Source of the DNA: an uncultured Gemmatimonadaceae bacterium
GTDB taxonomy: Bacteria > Gemmatimonadota > Gemmatimonadetes > Gemmatimonadales > Gemmatimonadaceae
Reading direction: 5' to 3'
Assembly: GCA_963716745.1 (NCBI GenBank)
Contig: OY970320.1
Coordinates: 800,001-864,000, forward strand
Length of the DNA stretch: 64,000 nucleotides
Shown piece by piece: positions 1 to 9,900 of the stretch; the stretch's first letter is position 1; each line of letters opens with the position of its first letter. The translations under genes and the position numbers were made by a program. The notes beneath the pieces are model-generated. The model did not search any database, was not told where the DNA came from, and saw only the letters and a program-made list of their open reading frames with translations.

Positions 1-860
1 ACTCCTCCTCGCATCTTGGGCGCGAGCGCTTCGAGAGTCTTGCGAAATGTGGCGGCACCCGCATGATGCGCTTCGTCGATCAATACGAGGCCAAATTTCG
101 GAACCGTGTCGAGTCGGGTCGACACACTTTGTATCGTCGCGAATGTGATACCATCCCAGAATGCCGGAGCCTCGCCTTCCGCGAGTCGGTGTGTCGGCAC
201 CCACTTAGGCAGCTGATACCAGAATCCACGTAACAACTGATCGACAAGTTCCCGAGTGTGAGCGAGAACAAGGACGCGCCCATGCTCCACCAGGTCGTCC
301 CGGAGAAGATCCGCGACCAATTCCGCCATCACCACCGTCTTGCCCAATCCCGTCGCCATAACCGCCTGCGCCCTCCCCGTATCAAGAAGCGCTTCGCGCA
401 AGCGGCCCGCGACGTCGGTTTGATAGTCGAAGAGAGTCCGTCGCGACGGGGGATATTCAGGACTCTCGCTCATCAGACTTGTCAGCACTGCTGGATCGGC
501 GACTTCAACCTTCAGACCGGTTCGCTCAAAGCGAAGTCTTTCCTCGTTAAAGGCGTCGCCAGGAGGACGCGAAGTCACGACCACCATTCGCTGAGCCCGA
601 TAGTATCGCGCGGCCTCTACGACCTCGGACACCGCCGCGCTTGGGGGGCCCGTAGTAGTAGTATGCTTGCACTGCAATACCCATAGGTCCCCATCCTTTG
701 CGCCGAGAACGTCGGCACCACGATCGCCGCTGCCACCGACCAGGCGCACATCATCGAAGCCGTTCGCCAACAGCAGTCGCGCAACGTCACGCTCGAAAGC
801 CGGCCACGGACCCCTGAGCAACCGGCGTTCATCCAGAAAGCCGACCACAGCCGATTTCAC
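1..860 (-). CDS. Mrr-type (PD-D/ExK) restriction endonuclease fused to SF2 DEAD/DEAH (ResIII-like) helicase; partial, runs off the left edge
   Basis: Manual translation from GTG at 860 (GTGA overlap with the upstream stop): FERDVARLL..GFDDVRLVGGSGDRGADV..LWVLQCK (Mrr_cat-like), LFDYQ (Q motif), MATGLGKT (Walker A), VLVLAHTRELVDQ (motif Ia), LIDEAHH (Walker B). No stop before base 1. Confidence 0.9.
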   Translation of the reverse strand, partial: MKSAVVGFLDERRLLRGPWPAFERDVARLLLANGFDDVRLVGGSGDRGADVLGAKDGDLWVLQCKHTTTTGPPSAAVSEVVEAARYYRAQRMVVVTSRPPGDAFNEERLRFERTGLKVEVADPAVLTSLMSESPEYPPSRRTLFDYQTDVAGRLREALLDTGRAQAVMATGLGKTVVMAELVADLLRDDLVEHGRVLVLAHTRELVDQLLRGFWYQLPKWVPTHRLAEGEAPAFWDGITFATIQSVSTRLDTVPKFGLVLIDEAHHAGAATFRKTLEALAPKMRGG

Positions 861-3226
861 GTCTCGGTGTCCTCGGCCGGCTCCCCTGATAGCAAGTCCA
901 ACGCCAATGCCGCCCTAAGGAGGCGCGGCCTTGATGCAGCTTCAAGCTCGGCGCTATCCTGCTCTGCCAACCAGAGGACATCGCGCATAAGCCCCACGTG
1001 ATATTCCACCGTACGAGCCCTAGCGGCCTCAGTGGCAGCGGGACGCTCATAGTCAATGCTGGAATACGGCGCATCCCAATACCGACCATCGAAGAACAGT
1101 TCTGGATGGCGCTCAACAAAACGAAGAAGTGTCGCGCGCGGCGCGTAGTCTAGAAACCGCCCCTCAGCAATCTCCTTCTGTGAGCTCGAAACGGAACGCT
1201 CCGCCATCTTGCCAAATACGGCTTCCTGTTCGATCGGAGTGAGTTCGTTGAAGAGCGCACGCCCGTCTCCGGCCGCCGAGGAGGACTGCCCAACGCTGCG
1301 TGCAATCGCGCCAAGAAGCATCGAGGCCTCACCCGAGAGTGCAACATGGTCGAGTTTCTCGGTACCGGCATACTCGTCCCGCAACCCAGCCAAGACCGAA
1401 GCGAACGTGGCTGTTGTCTGGCGGTTCCTGAGAAAGTCCATTGCGGAATGCGCAAATTCTGCCAGCAAAGCATCAAGCGGCGTCAACGTTGCCGATCGAA
1501 ATGCGCCGTGCCCTGGATTCACAAAGAACTCATGAATGCCGGCCGGAGTCGCCTTAATGACCCACGGCACCGCTGTGGTACCAAGAACGGGGTCATCGGC
1601 CTGAACTCCATACGCCTTAGTCTCCCACCTCTGCCCGGAGGAGCTATCTCTGTACTCTCGGCTCAGCGACGGGATCGCAGTTCTTGGGGGCGGTGGCGGG
1701 CCGGCGGCGGGTGGCGGTACGGGGGCAGCGCCCGGAGGCGCGGTCGGTTTGCCGCCAAATCCCGGAATTGTTCCTCCGCCAGAATCGCCGCCAGTTGGCG
1801 GCGTTGACTTTGGAACGAGGAGCTCGCGATCGGCCTCCATCACAAGATCCCACCATTTCCGGTCCGTTTGAAATTCCGCCTCGCCCGCATAGAAACGCTT
1901 GGCCATTCGCGCCGCGTCATCGTTATCTCTAACGATCATCAACTTCTCATACGCACCCGCAACCTTGGACTTTGGACTATTCCGACGGAACACCTGGAAG
2001 AGGAGAAACAGCGGCGCGTCATTTTGGGGGAAGCCAAGCTCGGCAGCACGGTCCGGACGCAGCGGTCCCGCGCCGCGCACGAGGTGAACCATCTCCTCCC
2101 ACGCCGGATCGTTCCGATCAAATCGGTCCTTCGTGTAAGTCACTCGGCAGTGATCAATGTGAATCTCTCCCACCAGCCGGCCTCGACCGCGGGGATCGTC
2201 AACTGGATACTCAGGTTCGACTGAACCGCCAGCATCCCAAAAGAAGAGATCCTTGTTGGCAGACTCGATCTTTCGCCCGTTGCGTATGAAGTCAATGCCG
2301 TAGTCTACATCGCTCACGTAACGCTGCAGCCCAACCCATCCATAAACACGGCGCTGCCTGGCAACGACATTATCCGCCGAGTCGCAGGCTGGACACGTCG
2401 TCGCATCCGAAGGCAGCCACTGCCAACACTTCACGCAAAAGGATCTTGTCGGCAGCTCAACGTTGAGGGACTGATACGCCGATACGGTTCCAAACCTGGC
2501 AGTCAGGACCTCGCGGACGGGGTTCCCTTCGCCGCCCCAAATGCAATGGCTTCTTCCCCGCAGCGCCGTGCCATTTAGCAACAGGCGGAAGGAAATGGGG
2601 ACACCGTTCGGCCGGAGCATCGCCGCATACATGCTCTCAAACTCTCGAACAAGTCGCGATCGATTAGCGGTCTTCCCTAGCCATTGTCGCTGCTCTGGTT
2701 TCAATCGCTCGATCGTAAGCTCCGTACCCTGCTCAAGAGCATCGGCCTTCGGGCGCGTCAATCTCGGTGTTCGAAAGTGACGTTGTTGCACCAACTTGTC
2801 GAAGTCGATTTCCAACCCGCACCACTCGGTATCACCTCTCCGCGTGGTCCAAACCTGAGTCACACTTCCCAGACGAGCCGTAGCAATATTGAACCCCATC
2901 CCGAACATTCCGAGGTTGTTTATCGGGTCATTGCTCGTCCAGCCGGCCCGTACGGCCTTCTCGAGCGTTGCGACGTCCATGCCAGGCCCGTTATCCCTGA
3001 CCGCCACGCGTCCCCTGGCCGAGTCGGCTGTCGGCACAGTGATGTGAATCTCCGGCTCAGGAACCGGATGACCCGATCGCTTCGCCGAAAGGAAGGCGTC
3101 GACCGAGTTGTCGATGAATTCCGCCAGGCAACGCCACTGAGGAAGTGTGATCTCCCCAAGCATAGGCAGGATGCGAGGGTCCGGCTGCAGATCGAACTCG
3201 GTGGCAGCTGCGCGAGGTCCCGTCAT
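857..3226 (-). CDS. MORC-like GHKL ATPase (HATPase_c_3) with inserted Zn ribbon and C-terminal extension
   Basis: LAEFIDNSVDA, RDNGPGMD, NLGMFGMGFNIATARLG and GTEL GHKL motifs; CVKC..CPAC; S5-like GIDFIRNGRKI..GEIHID; Pro/Gly-rich linker. Confidence 0.88.
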   Translation of the reverse strand: MTGPRAAATEFDLQPDPRILPMLGEITLPQWRCLAEFIDNSVDAFLSAKRSGHPVPEPEIHITVPTADSARGRVAVRDNGPGMDVATLEKAVRAGWTSNDPINNLGMFGMGFNIATARLGSVTQVWTTRRGDTEWCGLEIDFDKLVQQRHFRTPRLTRPKADALEQGTELTIERLKPEQRQWLGKTANRSRLVREFESMYAAMLRPNGVPISFRLLLNGTALRGRSHCIWGGEGNPVREVLTARFGTVSAYQSLNVELPTRSFCVKCWQWLPSDATTCPACDSADNVVARQRRVYGWVGLQRYVSDVDYGIDFIRNGRKIESANKDLFFWDAGGSVEPEYPVDDPRGRGRLVGEIHIDHCRVTYTKDRFDRNDPAWEEMVHLVRGAGPLRPDRAAELGFPQNDAPLFLLFQVFRRNSPKSKVAGAYEKLMIVRDNDDAARMAKRFYAGEAEFQTDRKWWDLVMEADRELLVPKSTPPTGGDSGGGTIPGFGGKPTAPPGAAPVPPPAAGPPPPPRTAIPSLSREYRDSSSGQRWETKAYGVQADDPVLGTTAVPWVIKATPAGIHEFFVNPGHGAFRSATLTPLDALLAEFAHSAMDFLRNRQTTATFASVLAGLRDEYAGTEKLDHVALSGEASMLLGAIARSVGQSSSAAGDGRALFNELTPIEQEAVFGKMAERSVSSSQKEIAEGRFLDYAPRATLLRFVERHPELFFDGRYWDAPYSSIDYERPAATEAARARTVEYHVGLMRDVLWLAEQDSAELEAASRPRLLRAALALDLLSGEPAEDTET

Positions 3227-3266
3227 TCTCCCTATCCCTTTGCAGAATGTAAGAGGCGCGTCCTTC

Positions 3267-3734
3267 TCATCTCATTCCTCTCTCGAGTGCCGCGAGTCCC
3301 TTCTCCAATTCAGCGAGCAGCGCCAGGTTTAGCCGCAGGCCCTTCCGCGTCGGAGCGCGATCGTCCGAGTCCCCGGGTGCGAAATAGAGTCGGATATCGG
3401 CCTTCGCGGCGCCTTGCCAAAGTGCAATTCCGAATCTGATCTCCCGGCCGCCACTAAGCGGGATCTTGGCCACCGTGCACTCGCGATCGGTGCCCGCACT
3501 GCGCAGTTCCTGAATCGCGTCAATCGCGTCGGATATCCTCTCGATCGGTAGCGAAACTCCCTTGGGCGTTGCAACAAAGACATTCTCTCGCGTCAGCACA
3601 AATTCGCGGACATGCAAGAAGCACCTGCCTTGGTAGGCCTGAGACAAGACCCGTACTTCGAGCGCGGGCGTTATCAGGATTCTCGCCGCGAGGGTGTCGC
3701 AGCTCCGGTCGGTAGGACGATTTGACGTCATCAA
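3267..3734 (-). CDS. Tandem PC4/YdbC-like ssDNA-binding protein
   Basis: Two copies of the PC4 signature: FLHVREF..ATPKGVSL and KADIRLY..PTRKGLRL, each followed by a helix. Confidence 0.75.
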   Translation of the reverse strand: MMTSNRPTDRSCDTLAARILITPALEVRVLSQAYQGRCFLHVREFVLTRENVFVATPKGVSLPIERISDAIDAIQELRSAGTDRECTVAKIPLSGGREIRFGIALWQGAAKADIRLYFAPGDSDDRAPTRKGLRLNLALLAELEKGLAALERGMR

Positions 3735-3753
3735 CCGATTACTAAGAGCGATC

Positions 3754-4776
3754 TCATAGCTCGATCCTGGCGTGCTGCGCCACGGATCCCAGCGCCGCCT
3801 GCAGGTTCCGGAGCTTCTCGATCTTCAATGCGTGCCCCTTTTTGAGGTCTTCGACCTCGACAAGCGGTACACTGAGCAACTCCTCGGCAGCTCGATCAAT
3901 GGTCGCCCAAAAATTCGAGATTAGCGACGGATTGCGGGCTTGAAGCACCCCGAACGCCGCCTGAGCTCCGCCGCTCTCAAATGCTTCCAGTGCAGCATCA
4001 TTCTCCAAGAAATCATTTAGCCCTCTTACATCTTTCGCATCAGGAAACCTGCCGTCATGTACCCACTGACGAAAATCACGCATGAAACCTGGATTGTCCT
4101 CGCGTTTCTCGCGCAACTCCTTCTTCTTCATAAACTCTTCGAAATGTGAAAACCTGTTGATTCCGTCCGAGTCGCCAAACTCTTCCATGTATGCTTTTGT
4201 CTCTTCGTATGCTCCGATCTTCTGCGCGATCTTAGCACGCGACCATCTGAGGTGGGCAGCGAGAAAGTCGTAGGTCTTGCCGTAGAGCGAGTTCATCTTC
4301 CATACATACTCTGCCTGCTCGAATGCGCGCCATTCGATCTTGCCCGCGATATGAAGCTCTCCGATGAGCATGGTCAGTTGTTCGTCCGTTACCTCCGCCG
4401 GTAGCTTCTGAACATAGACTTCTCGCCAGCGAGGGTCATCCGGATAGCGCTTCGCCAGCTCGCGAAGACATACCGTTCGACAGTTGCCCTCCACTACCAG
4501 GCCGTCGCGCTGCACAATTGGCTCTACTATCAGCCCGCCATTTTGGTAGATCGAGTTGTAGAGGTCCTTCACCGGATCCATTTCCCAGATCAGGGTGTGC
4601 AGATCGGCATCCGTGGCGTTCAAGCTCCGCTTCCGAATGAGGTAACTCACACGTTGATTGCCGGGATCAAGCTTGAGAAAGCTGATTGGAACTCTCGCGC
4701 GCTCCAGTTGAAAGTCTCGATTTCCTAGGCGAATCGTCTGCTGACTTTCTTCTGTACGCTGGTTAGGTCCAGTCAT
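3754..4776 (-). CDS. ParB/Sulfiredoxin-fold N-terminal domain protein
   Basis: LKLDPGNQR, SIYQNGG..EPIV, VVEGNCRTVCL and LHIAGKIEW match the LDPxNPR / EGNRR / HxxGxxxW pattern; start placed at ATG 4776 after GAGG. Confidence 0.75.
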   Translation of the reverse strand: MTGPNQRTEESQQTIRLGNRDFQLERARVPISFLKLDPGNQRVSYLIRKRSLNATDADLHTLIWEMDPVKDLYNSIYQNGGLIVEPIVQRDGLVVEGNCRTVCLRELAKRYPDDPRWREVYVQKLPAEVTDEQLTMLIGELHIAGKIEWRAFEQAEYVWKMNSLYGKTYDFLAAHLRWSRAKIAQKIGAYEETKAYMEEFGDSDGINRFSHFEEFMKKKELREKREDNPGFMRDFRQWVHDGRFPDAKDVRGLNDFLENDAALEAFESGGAQAAFGVLQARNPSLISNFWATIDRAAEELLSVPLVEVEDLKKGHALKIEKLRNLQAALGSVAQHARIEL

Positions 4777-4834
4777 GTAGTGCCTCTGTAAGAGCGGACA
4801 TGGGTGCAATAGGCGCTGAGAAGTGCTTCTAACG

Positions 4835-5113
4835 TCATGAGGCCTTCGAAGGGTAAGTCAACTCCCATACTCCTTGCGGCGACAATGACGCGGAGCGGAG
4901 GACGCCGGCTAGCCGGAGCCAATGCGCGCTCCACCGGATATCGTACTGCCATGTAAAAAATAGCTCGCGCCTCAGGCGCAGCTCGTTCTCGTTCTGTTCC
5001 CAGACTGCCTCGCAAGCTTTCCCAATCGAAGCGGAACCGCCCGACGCCTTGAGAGCACTCACCAGCGCTCGGTCAAGGAATTCCTTGTCCGACATTGAGG
5101 AGCCCTGATTCAC
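4835..5113 (-). CDS. Small winged-helix protein, Mrr N-terminal-like
   Basis: ALKASGGSA..WQYDIRWSAHWLRLAGVL..QGVWELT resembles the Mrr_N pattern (RWa..L..aG...GvW.lT). Confidence 0.55.
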   Translation of the reverse strand: MNQGSSMSDKEFLDRALVSALKASGGSASIGKACEAVWEQNENELRLRRELFFTWQYDIRWSAHWLRLAGVLRSASLSPQGVWELTYPSKAS

Positions 5114-5156
5114 TTGGAGGGAACGGCTGAACGTCGCACCAGCGGCCGCCGAATAT

Positions 5157-6218
5157 TCATGTTACGCCAATGCTGCGAAGCTCCTGCATGAAGCGCACGA
5201 ATTTGCGGAGCGCTTCCAGATCGGATGGCTCAATGCCATCCGGATCAAAATGCATTACATCATTGCGAATCTTCTGGAGACGCCGAAGCTGGCCTACGAT
5301 CACGCCCCGGTCGACCTCCACACCCAAACGACTCCACCGTTCGGCATTGTCGAGTAGCCGAACATGCTCTCCAAAGGAAAGGTCAGCCGCCTTGCCAACC
5401 TCCCTTCTCTTGTCGGCGGGATCCTTTGCCGTCGCGAGTTCCGCAGGCGTGAACTTGCCTTGAACGAGGCGACGCATGTGACTCTCGATCTCACCCAACA
5501 GCAGAAACGGTTCCGTGAGTAGCTGGAATTGCAGGCTTAGATCACTCGTCGTAATGATTCCACAAATCCTATTCGTCGAATTCCGCACGAGCACATACTG
5601 ATGCGCGATAATGCTGTCGATTGCTGCGAAGAGAGATGCTTCCGAGGAGATCTCGGTGGCGTGTTCCATGCAATCCCGCACCACCTTGCACGGCCGCCCG
5701 AGAGCGACACGACCTCCAAGTGACTCCCAGCTAATTACTCCTTTCAGCTCTCTATCGCCCTGCATCACCGGCAGTTGCGAGTAGTCGTGAGAGAGCATTA
5801 GAGTGACAGCCTCGGCCAGTGGCGTGTCCTGGTGTACCGAGAGCGGTCGATGATTGGCCGAGGGAAGTCTCTTCACTCTGTAGGTCGGATCCGTCAGAAG
5901 ACCCGAACTCGCCTCCGCGGTTGTATCGGCCTGCTCATCCGCAATCGCAACTGTGACAGGCGAGCCTTCAACCGCCAATGTCGGCGCTAAGGAGACCGGT
6001 ACGAATGAAATAACGGAGTCAATGAAGACGCCTTCGAAGTCAGGCTCCGTTCGTACTCCGACCTTGTCCAGCGCGTTTCGGATGTTTTGGACGACATAGT
6101 ACCCGCGCCGCTCGGCGCCAAACCACTCCAGAAAGCCCTTCACCGTTGTCTGCTCTGGTGACCGTCCCGCTTGAAGATCCTTCGCGATCGCCTCCAATCT
6201 CGTAGGGAAATTCGTCAC
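5157..6218 (-). CDS. CBS-pair protein with C-terminal Swt1-like HEPN domain
   Basis: CBS motifs AVTLMLSHDYSQLPVM..GVISWES and YVLV..GIITTSDL; C-terminal EIESHMR, LSFGE..W and RNDVMH (RxxxxH). Confidence 0.8.
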   Translation of the reverse strand: MTNFPTRLEAIAKDLQAGRSPEQTTVKGFLEWFGAERRGYYVVQNIRNALDKVGVRTEPDFEGVFIDSVISFVPVSLAPTLAVEGSPVTVAIADEQADTTAEASSGLLTDPTYRVKRLPSANHRPLSVHQDTPLAEAVTLMLSHDYSQLPVMQGDRELKGVISWESLGGRVALGRPCKVVRDCMEHATEISSEASLFAAIDSIIAHQYVLVRNSTNRICGIITTSDLSLQFQLLTEPFLLLGEIESHMRRLVQGKFTPAELATAKDPADKRREVGKAADLSFGEHVRLLDNAERWSRLGVEVDRGVIVGQLRRLQKIRNDVMHFDPDGIEPSDLEALRKFVRFMQELRSIGVT

Positions 6219-6395
6219 GACATCGGCCCCTGACTCATCGATACGAGATATGCCACTGACGCTCCGGCTGAGGGCGAATCCCCCAGCTGCAACGACCCCC
6301 GAAGTTGCCTCTTGTGGAGGGTCCGATCAAGTACGCGCCTTCCGCCGGAACGCAGGCACAAGATGAATGATGCGCTGTTCGAGAATCTGGCGCCG

Positions 6396-6620
6396 CTAGC
6401 CGTCCATCAACTTGGCGAATGCAGACCATGAGAATCGTCTGCCCTGCTTCCACTTGTTCCCAAACCACTTTAGCGACCCGCGTCCAATGACCAGCGTGCC
6501 TAGCTTCTCCTCGTCCGAAAATAGATCGATATCGATCGAGGTACCGGCTTTAGACAGGCCGAGTACCTGAACGCGCGCATTGGCGGAATGCCGGCGGTGG
6601 GCCTTCTTACGCTTCGCCAC
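6396..6620 (-). CDS. Small basic hypothetical protein (74 aa)
   Basis: GTG at 6620 preceded by GGAGG; MAKRKKAHRRH..KLGTLVIGRGSLKW. Confidence 0.6.
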   Translation of the reverse strand: MAKRKKAHRRHSANARVQVLGLSKAGTSIDIDLFSDEEKLGTLVIGRGSLKWFGNKWKQGRRFSWSAFAKLMDG

Positions 6621-6945
6621 TTGATCGCCTCCGCTTAGGCCAGATTCGGACGCCAGGCGCCAACCTTTCATATCCGTCGTCGAGCTGCGCACGGATTCGC
6701 TCAATACGGAACGTGTTCGCGGCTGACACCGTGCGGCATCTATGGATTAGCCGGCTCGGAGAAGCCCACCAGTGGATTCGAAGCGGCCGTCGAACCTCCA
6801 CCGCACCCCATTCCACCATAACCCATGACCCGCGCCGGAATACGCGGTATCCTCGCGACTCGACACCGGAAACATTACCCGCACTCGCACCTACGCGAAC
6901 GAGATAAGCCACTGGACCTCGAAGATCAGTGTGTCGAATACTCAA
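6607..6945 (-). CDS. Hypothetical protein, possibly WGR-like
   Basis: VMVEWGA...AANTFRIERIRAQLDDGY loosely resembles the WGR pattern; overlaps the next gene. Confidence 0.4.
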   Translation of the reverse strand: MSIRHTDLRGPVAYLVRVGASAGNVSGVESRGYRVFRRGSWVMVEWGAVEVRRPLRIHWWASPSRLIHRCRTVSAANTFRIERIRAQLDDGYERLAPGVRIWPKRRRSSGEA

Positions 6946-6998
6946 AAGCGTAAAGCGCTTCTGGTGCTGCGCTTGCCGGGCCGACTAGTTCGCCCTTC

Positions 6999-9900
6999 TC
7001 AGCATGTAGAGGTTCGCTCAGCATGTCGCGCCAATCTGCACATAAGATTGACCTGCCTCATCTCATCAACGCCCCTACATCGCCCTGCCATAAGCCCCGG
7101 TGATCCGAGCACCCCCGCTACCGCCTTCGCCCTACTCACCGCCACATTCATTCTGTTCGCACTCAGCAAGAACTCCGCCCCTCGAGGCGAGTCCTCGAGC
7201 GTCGATGAACACATCGACACGATGACCACCGGCGCCTCCTGACCCTGGAACTTGTCCACGGATCCCACTCGCACCGCCGGGTCCATCCGCCCGCGCAGAT
7301 TCCGCACCTGCATGTTGAACGGCGCAACGACTAATACGTCTTCCGTGGTCATTGCGCGAGCGGGTTTGTTTTCCACGGTCACGCTGCGCGCGAGCAGCTC
7401 CTTGACGAGCGGCACGATCGCGTCGGCCTCCTCGTCGCTGCTCTGGCTGTTTCCTTCGTGTTCCACCGGCATCCACACGATGCCGTGCTGGGTTCCAACG
7501 GCGTTCCCCTCGGTGCGCGTCGCGCTCTTGAGGCGGCCCTCATAAAATGCATCCGATATGAACGCGCACACGTCCGGGTGCATGCGGTAGCTCAGCCCCA
7601 GGAAGATCCCGAAGTCCGGCGGGATGGTCGCGTGACCGTTCAGCGCGTACTCCAGACAACTCATGCCGCTCTCGCCGGGGTGGGTGCCCTTGAGCGGCTG
7701 CGCGAGCTGCATCTGGTCGCCGATGAGCACGATGTTCTTCGCGCTCTGGCCCATCGCCACGGCGTTCGCGAGGCTCACCTGCCCCGCTTCGTCGATGAAC
7801 AGGTAGTCGAGCGAGCCAACGAGCGCTTCGCGGCTGAACAGCCACGCGGTGCCGCCGAGTACCCACGGCCCGGGGGTGCCGGCCAACTGGTCGGCGTCGC
7901 CGGACGCGGCGAGGTGGGTGATCCGCTCGTGAAGCTCTACGGTCTCGTCGCCGTCGCTGCCCACCTTGTAGAGCGCCGCGTTCCCGGGCGGGGCCGGATC
8001 GTTCTTCAGGATCGCGGCCATCACGTTGAGCACCACCTTGTGGCTGTTGGCGGCGATACCGACGCGCTTTCCGCGACGGAGCAGCTCGACGATCATGCTT
8101 GAAGCGGTGTAGGTCTTTCCAGTTCCTGGGGGGCCTTGAATGCAAAGTGTGCTGCCATCGAGTCTACAGACGATATCGATGGCGTCGCGTAGGAAGTTGG
8201 GACCGTCCTCAACGAGTGCTCCACCATCGTGGCCCTCTATCCGCGGCTTCCGGCGGAAGAGGAGATCATCAATGGCGGTGCATCGTTCATCGTGCGTCGT
8301 GCATTGTTGGGCGAACCGCACGAGGGATTCCTTGATCGGCTTCGCGCTCAGGTAGTCGTCGGGGATCAGGCTCAGGCGATCGGGGAGTTGCTTGTTCTTC
8401 GACAGCTTGAGCTCGAGCAGGCCGGCGTCCGCATCCAAGGTCACGATGCTGCACTTCGTGCGCCATTGGTCGGTCACGACCACCTTACAACCGGCGTGCA
8501 GCTTGGTATCGCTGTTGGGATCGAACGAGTATTCGTGCGCCAATGACTGTTTCTCGGGACGCGCCGCCTTCTTTGTGCGCACGAGGCCCGTGAGACAATC
8601 GAAATCTTCGCGCAGCTGCTCCTCGGTCTTCTCCAAACGGTCGAAATACTGCCACCACACCGGCTTCTCCTCGCGGCGGTGGTACTCCACGAGCCAGCCG
8701 ACGAGCGCGGTCACGCGCGCACGTTCTGGATCCTCTTCCTCCTCAGCCATCTCGGCGAGCTTGGCCGCAACCACGGCGCCCGGATCAGGCTCGCGCGGCG
8801 GACGGTCATCATCAGCGCCGGCAGGCTCAGTCGCCACCGGCGGCGCCGGATATTTCGCATCGAACTCCGCCTTCCGGTCCATGAGCCAGTCGCGCACGCC
8901 CACGGTGCTCTCGCAGTCCACGCGATTGTACTCGCGGATCTCGTTCAACCGCGCGCTCCCCGCCCAGCCCTGCGGCTCGCCGCTGTCGATCCACGCCTGG
9001 TAGGCCAGCACGGAATCGCCGGCGTTGGACACAGCCTGCTCGCGCGGCGGCATGTAGAGGCACTCGATGTCCTTCAGCGAATAACCGGTGGCCCCGATCG
9101 TCACGCCCTGACGCACGATGTTGTACAGGTCCACCAGCACTTCATTGCGCAGCAGATCGTCCACCTCGTTCTCGCGCGTGGCGTACTTGCCCATCAAACG
9201 GCGCAGCGCCGTTTTCTCGTACGCGGCGTAATGGTACACGTGCATCTCGGGATCCTGCTGCCAGCGCGCGTGCGCGAAATCGACGAAGCCCTCGAAGGCT
9301 TTTTTCTCCTGCTCGGGCGAATGCGCCCACCAGTCGTGGAATTTCGGTTTCCCGTCTTCGACAGTGACGGCGCCGAAGAGATACTCGAGGCCGCCGGGAT
9401 AGAACGGGAATCCTTCCATGTCGAAGAACACGTCCAGCGGCCGAGGCGGCGGCAGCAGCGCGAGCCCGCGCCCGGGGTCGTTGGGCGAGGGCGGGCGCAA
9501 TTCGAAGAGCGGTTTGTCGAGCTCGCGCGATGCCTGCTGCAGCGCCGCCTGCCGGCGGAGCTTCGTGAGCGTTTCGGGAGAGATTCGGGGAATGCCTACT
9601 ATTGTACTGTCGGCGAAGTCTTTGAGCGTGGTGATGCCCGCATCCTCGAGCCGGCGGATCTGCGTGCGCGTGATATTCGCGACGCGACTGAGATGGTCGC
9701 GCTCTTCCAGCAGCTGCTCGGCGAACGTGCTCCACTGGCCATAGCTGCGCTCGAGCCCGGGGTCGGGCATGTTGTCGCGGCGCCAATTCTTCTGGAACAC
9801 CAGGAACGCGTCGCGCTGCACCAGATAGTAGAAATAGAAATCGTCCGTCTTGAACGACTCTTCCGTGCTGTCGCCGAAGATGAACTTGATCTGCTTGGGC

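Noticed and set aside
1..7000. Prophage or integrative element with att sites
   Set aside because: No integrase, tRNA, phage genes or direct repeats are visible; the left boundary lies outside the window.
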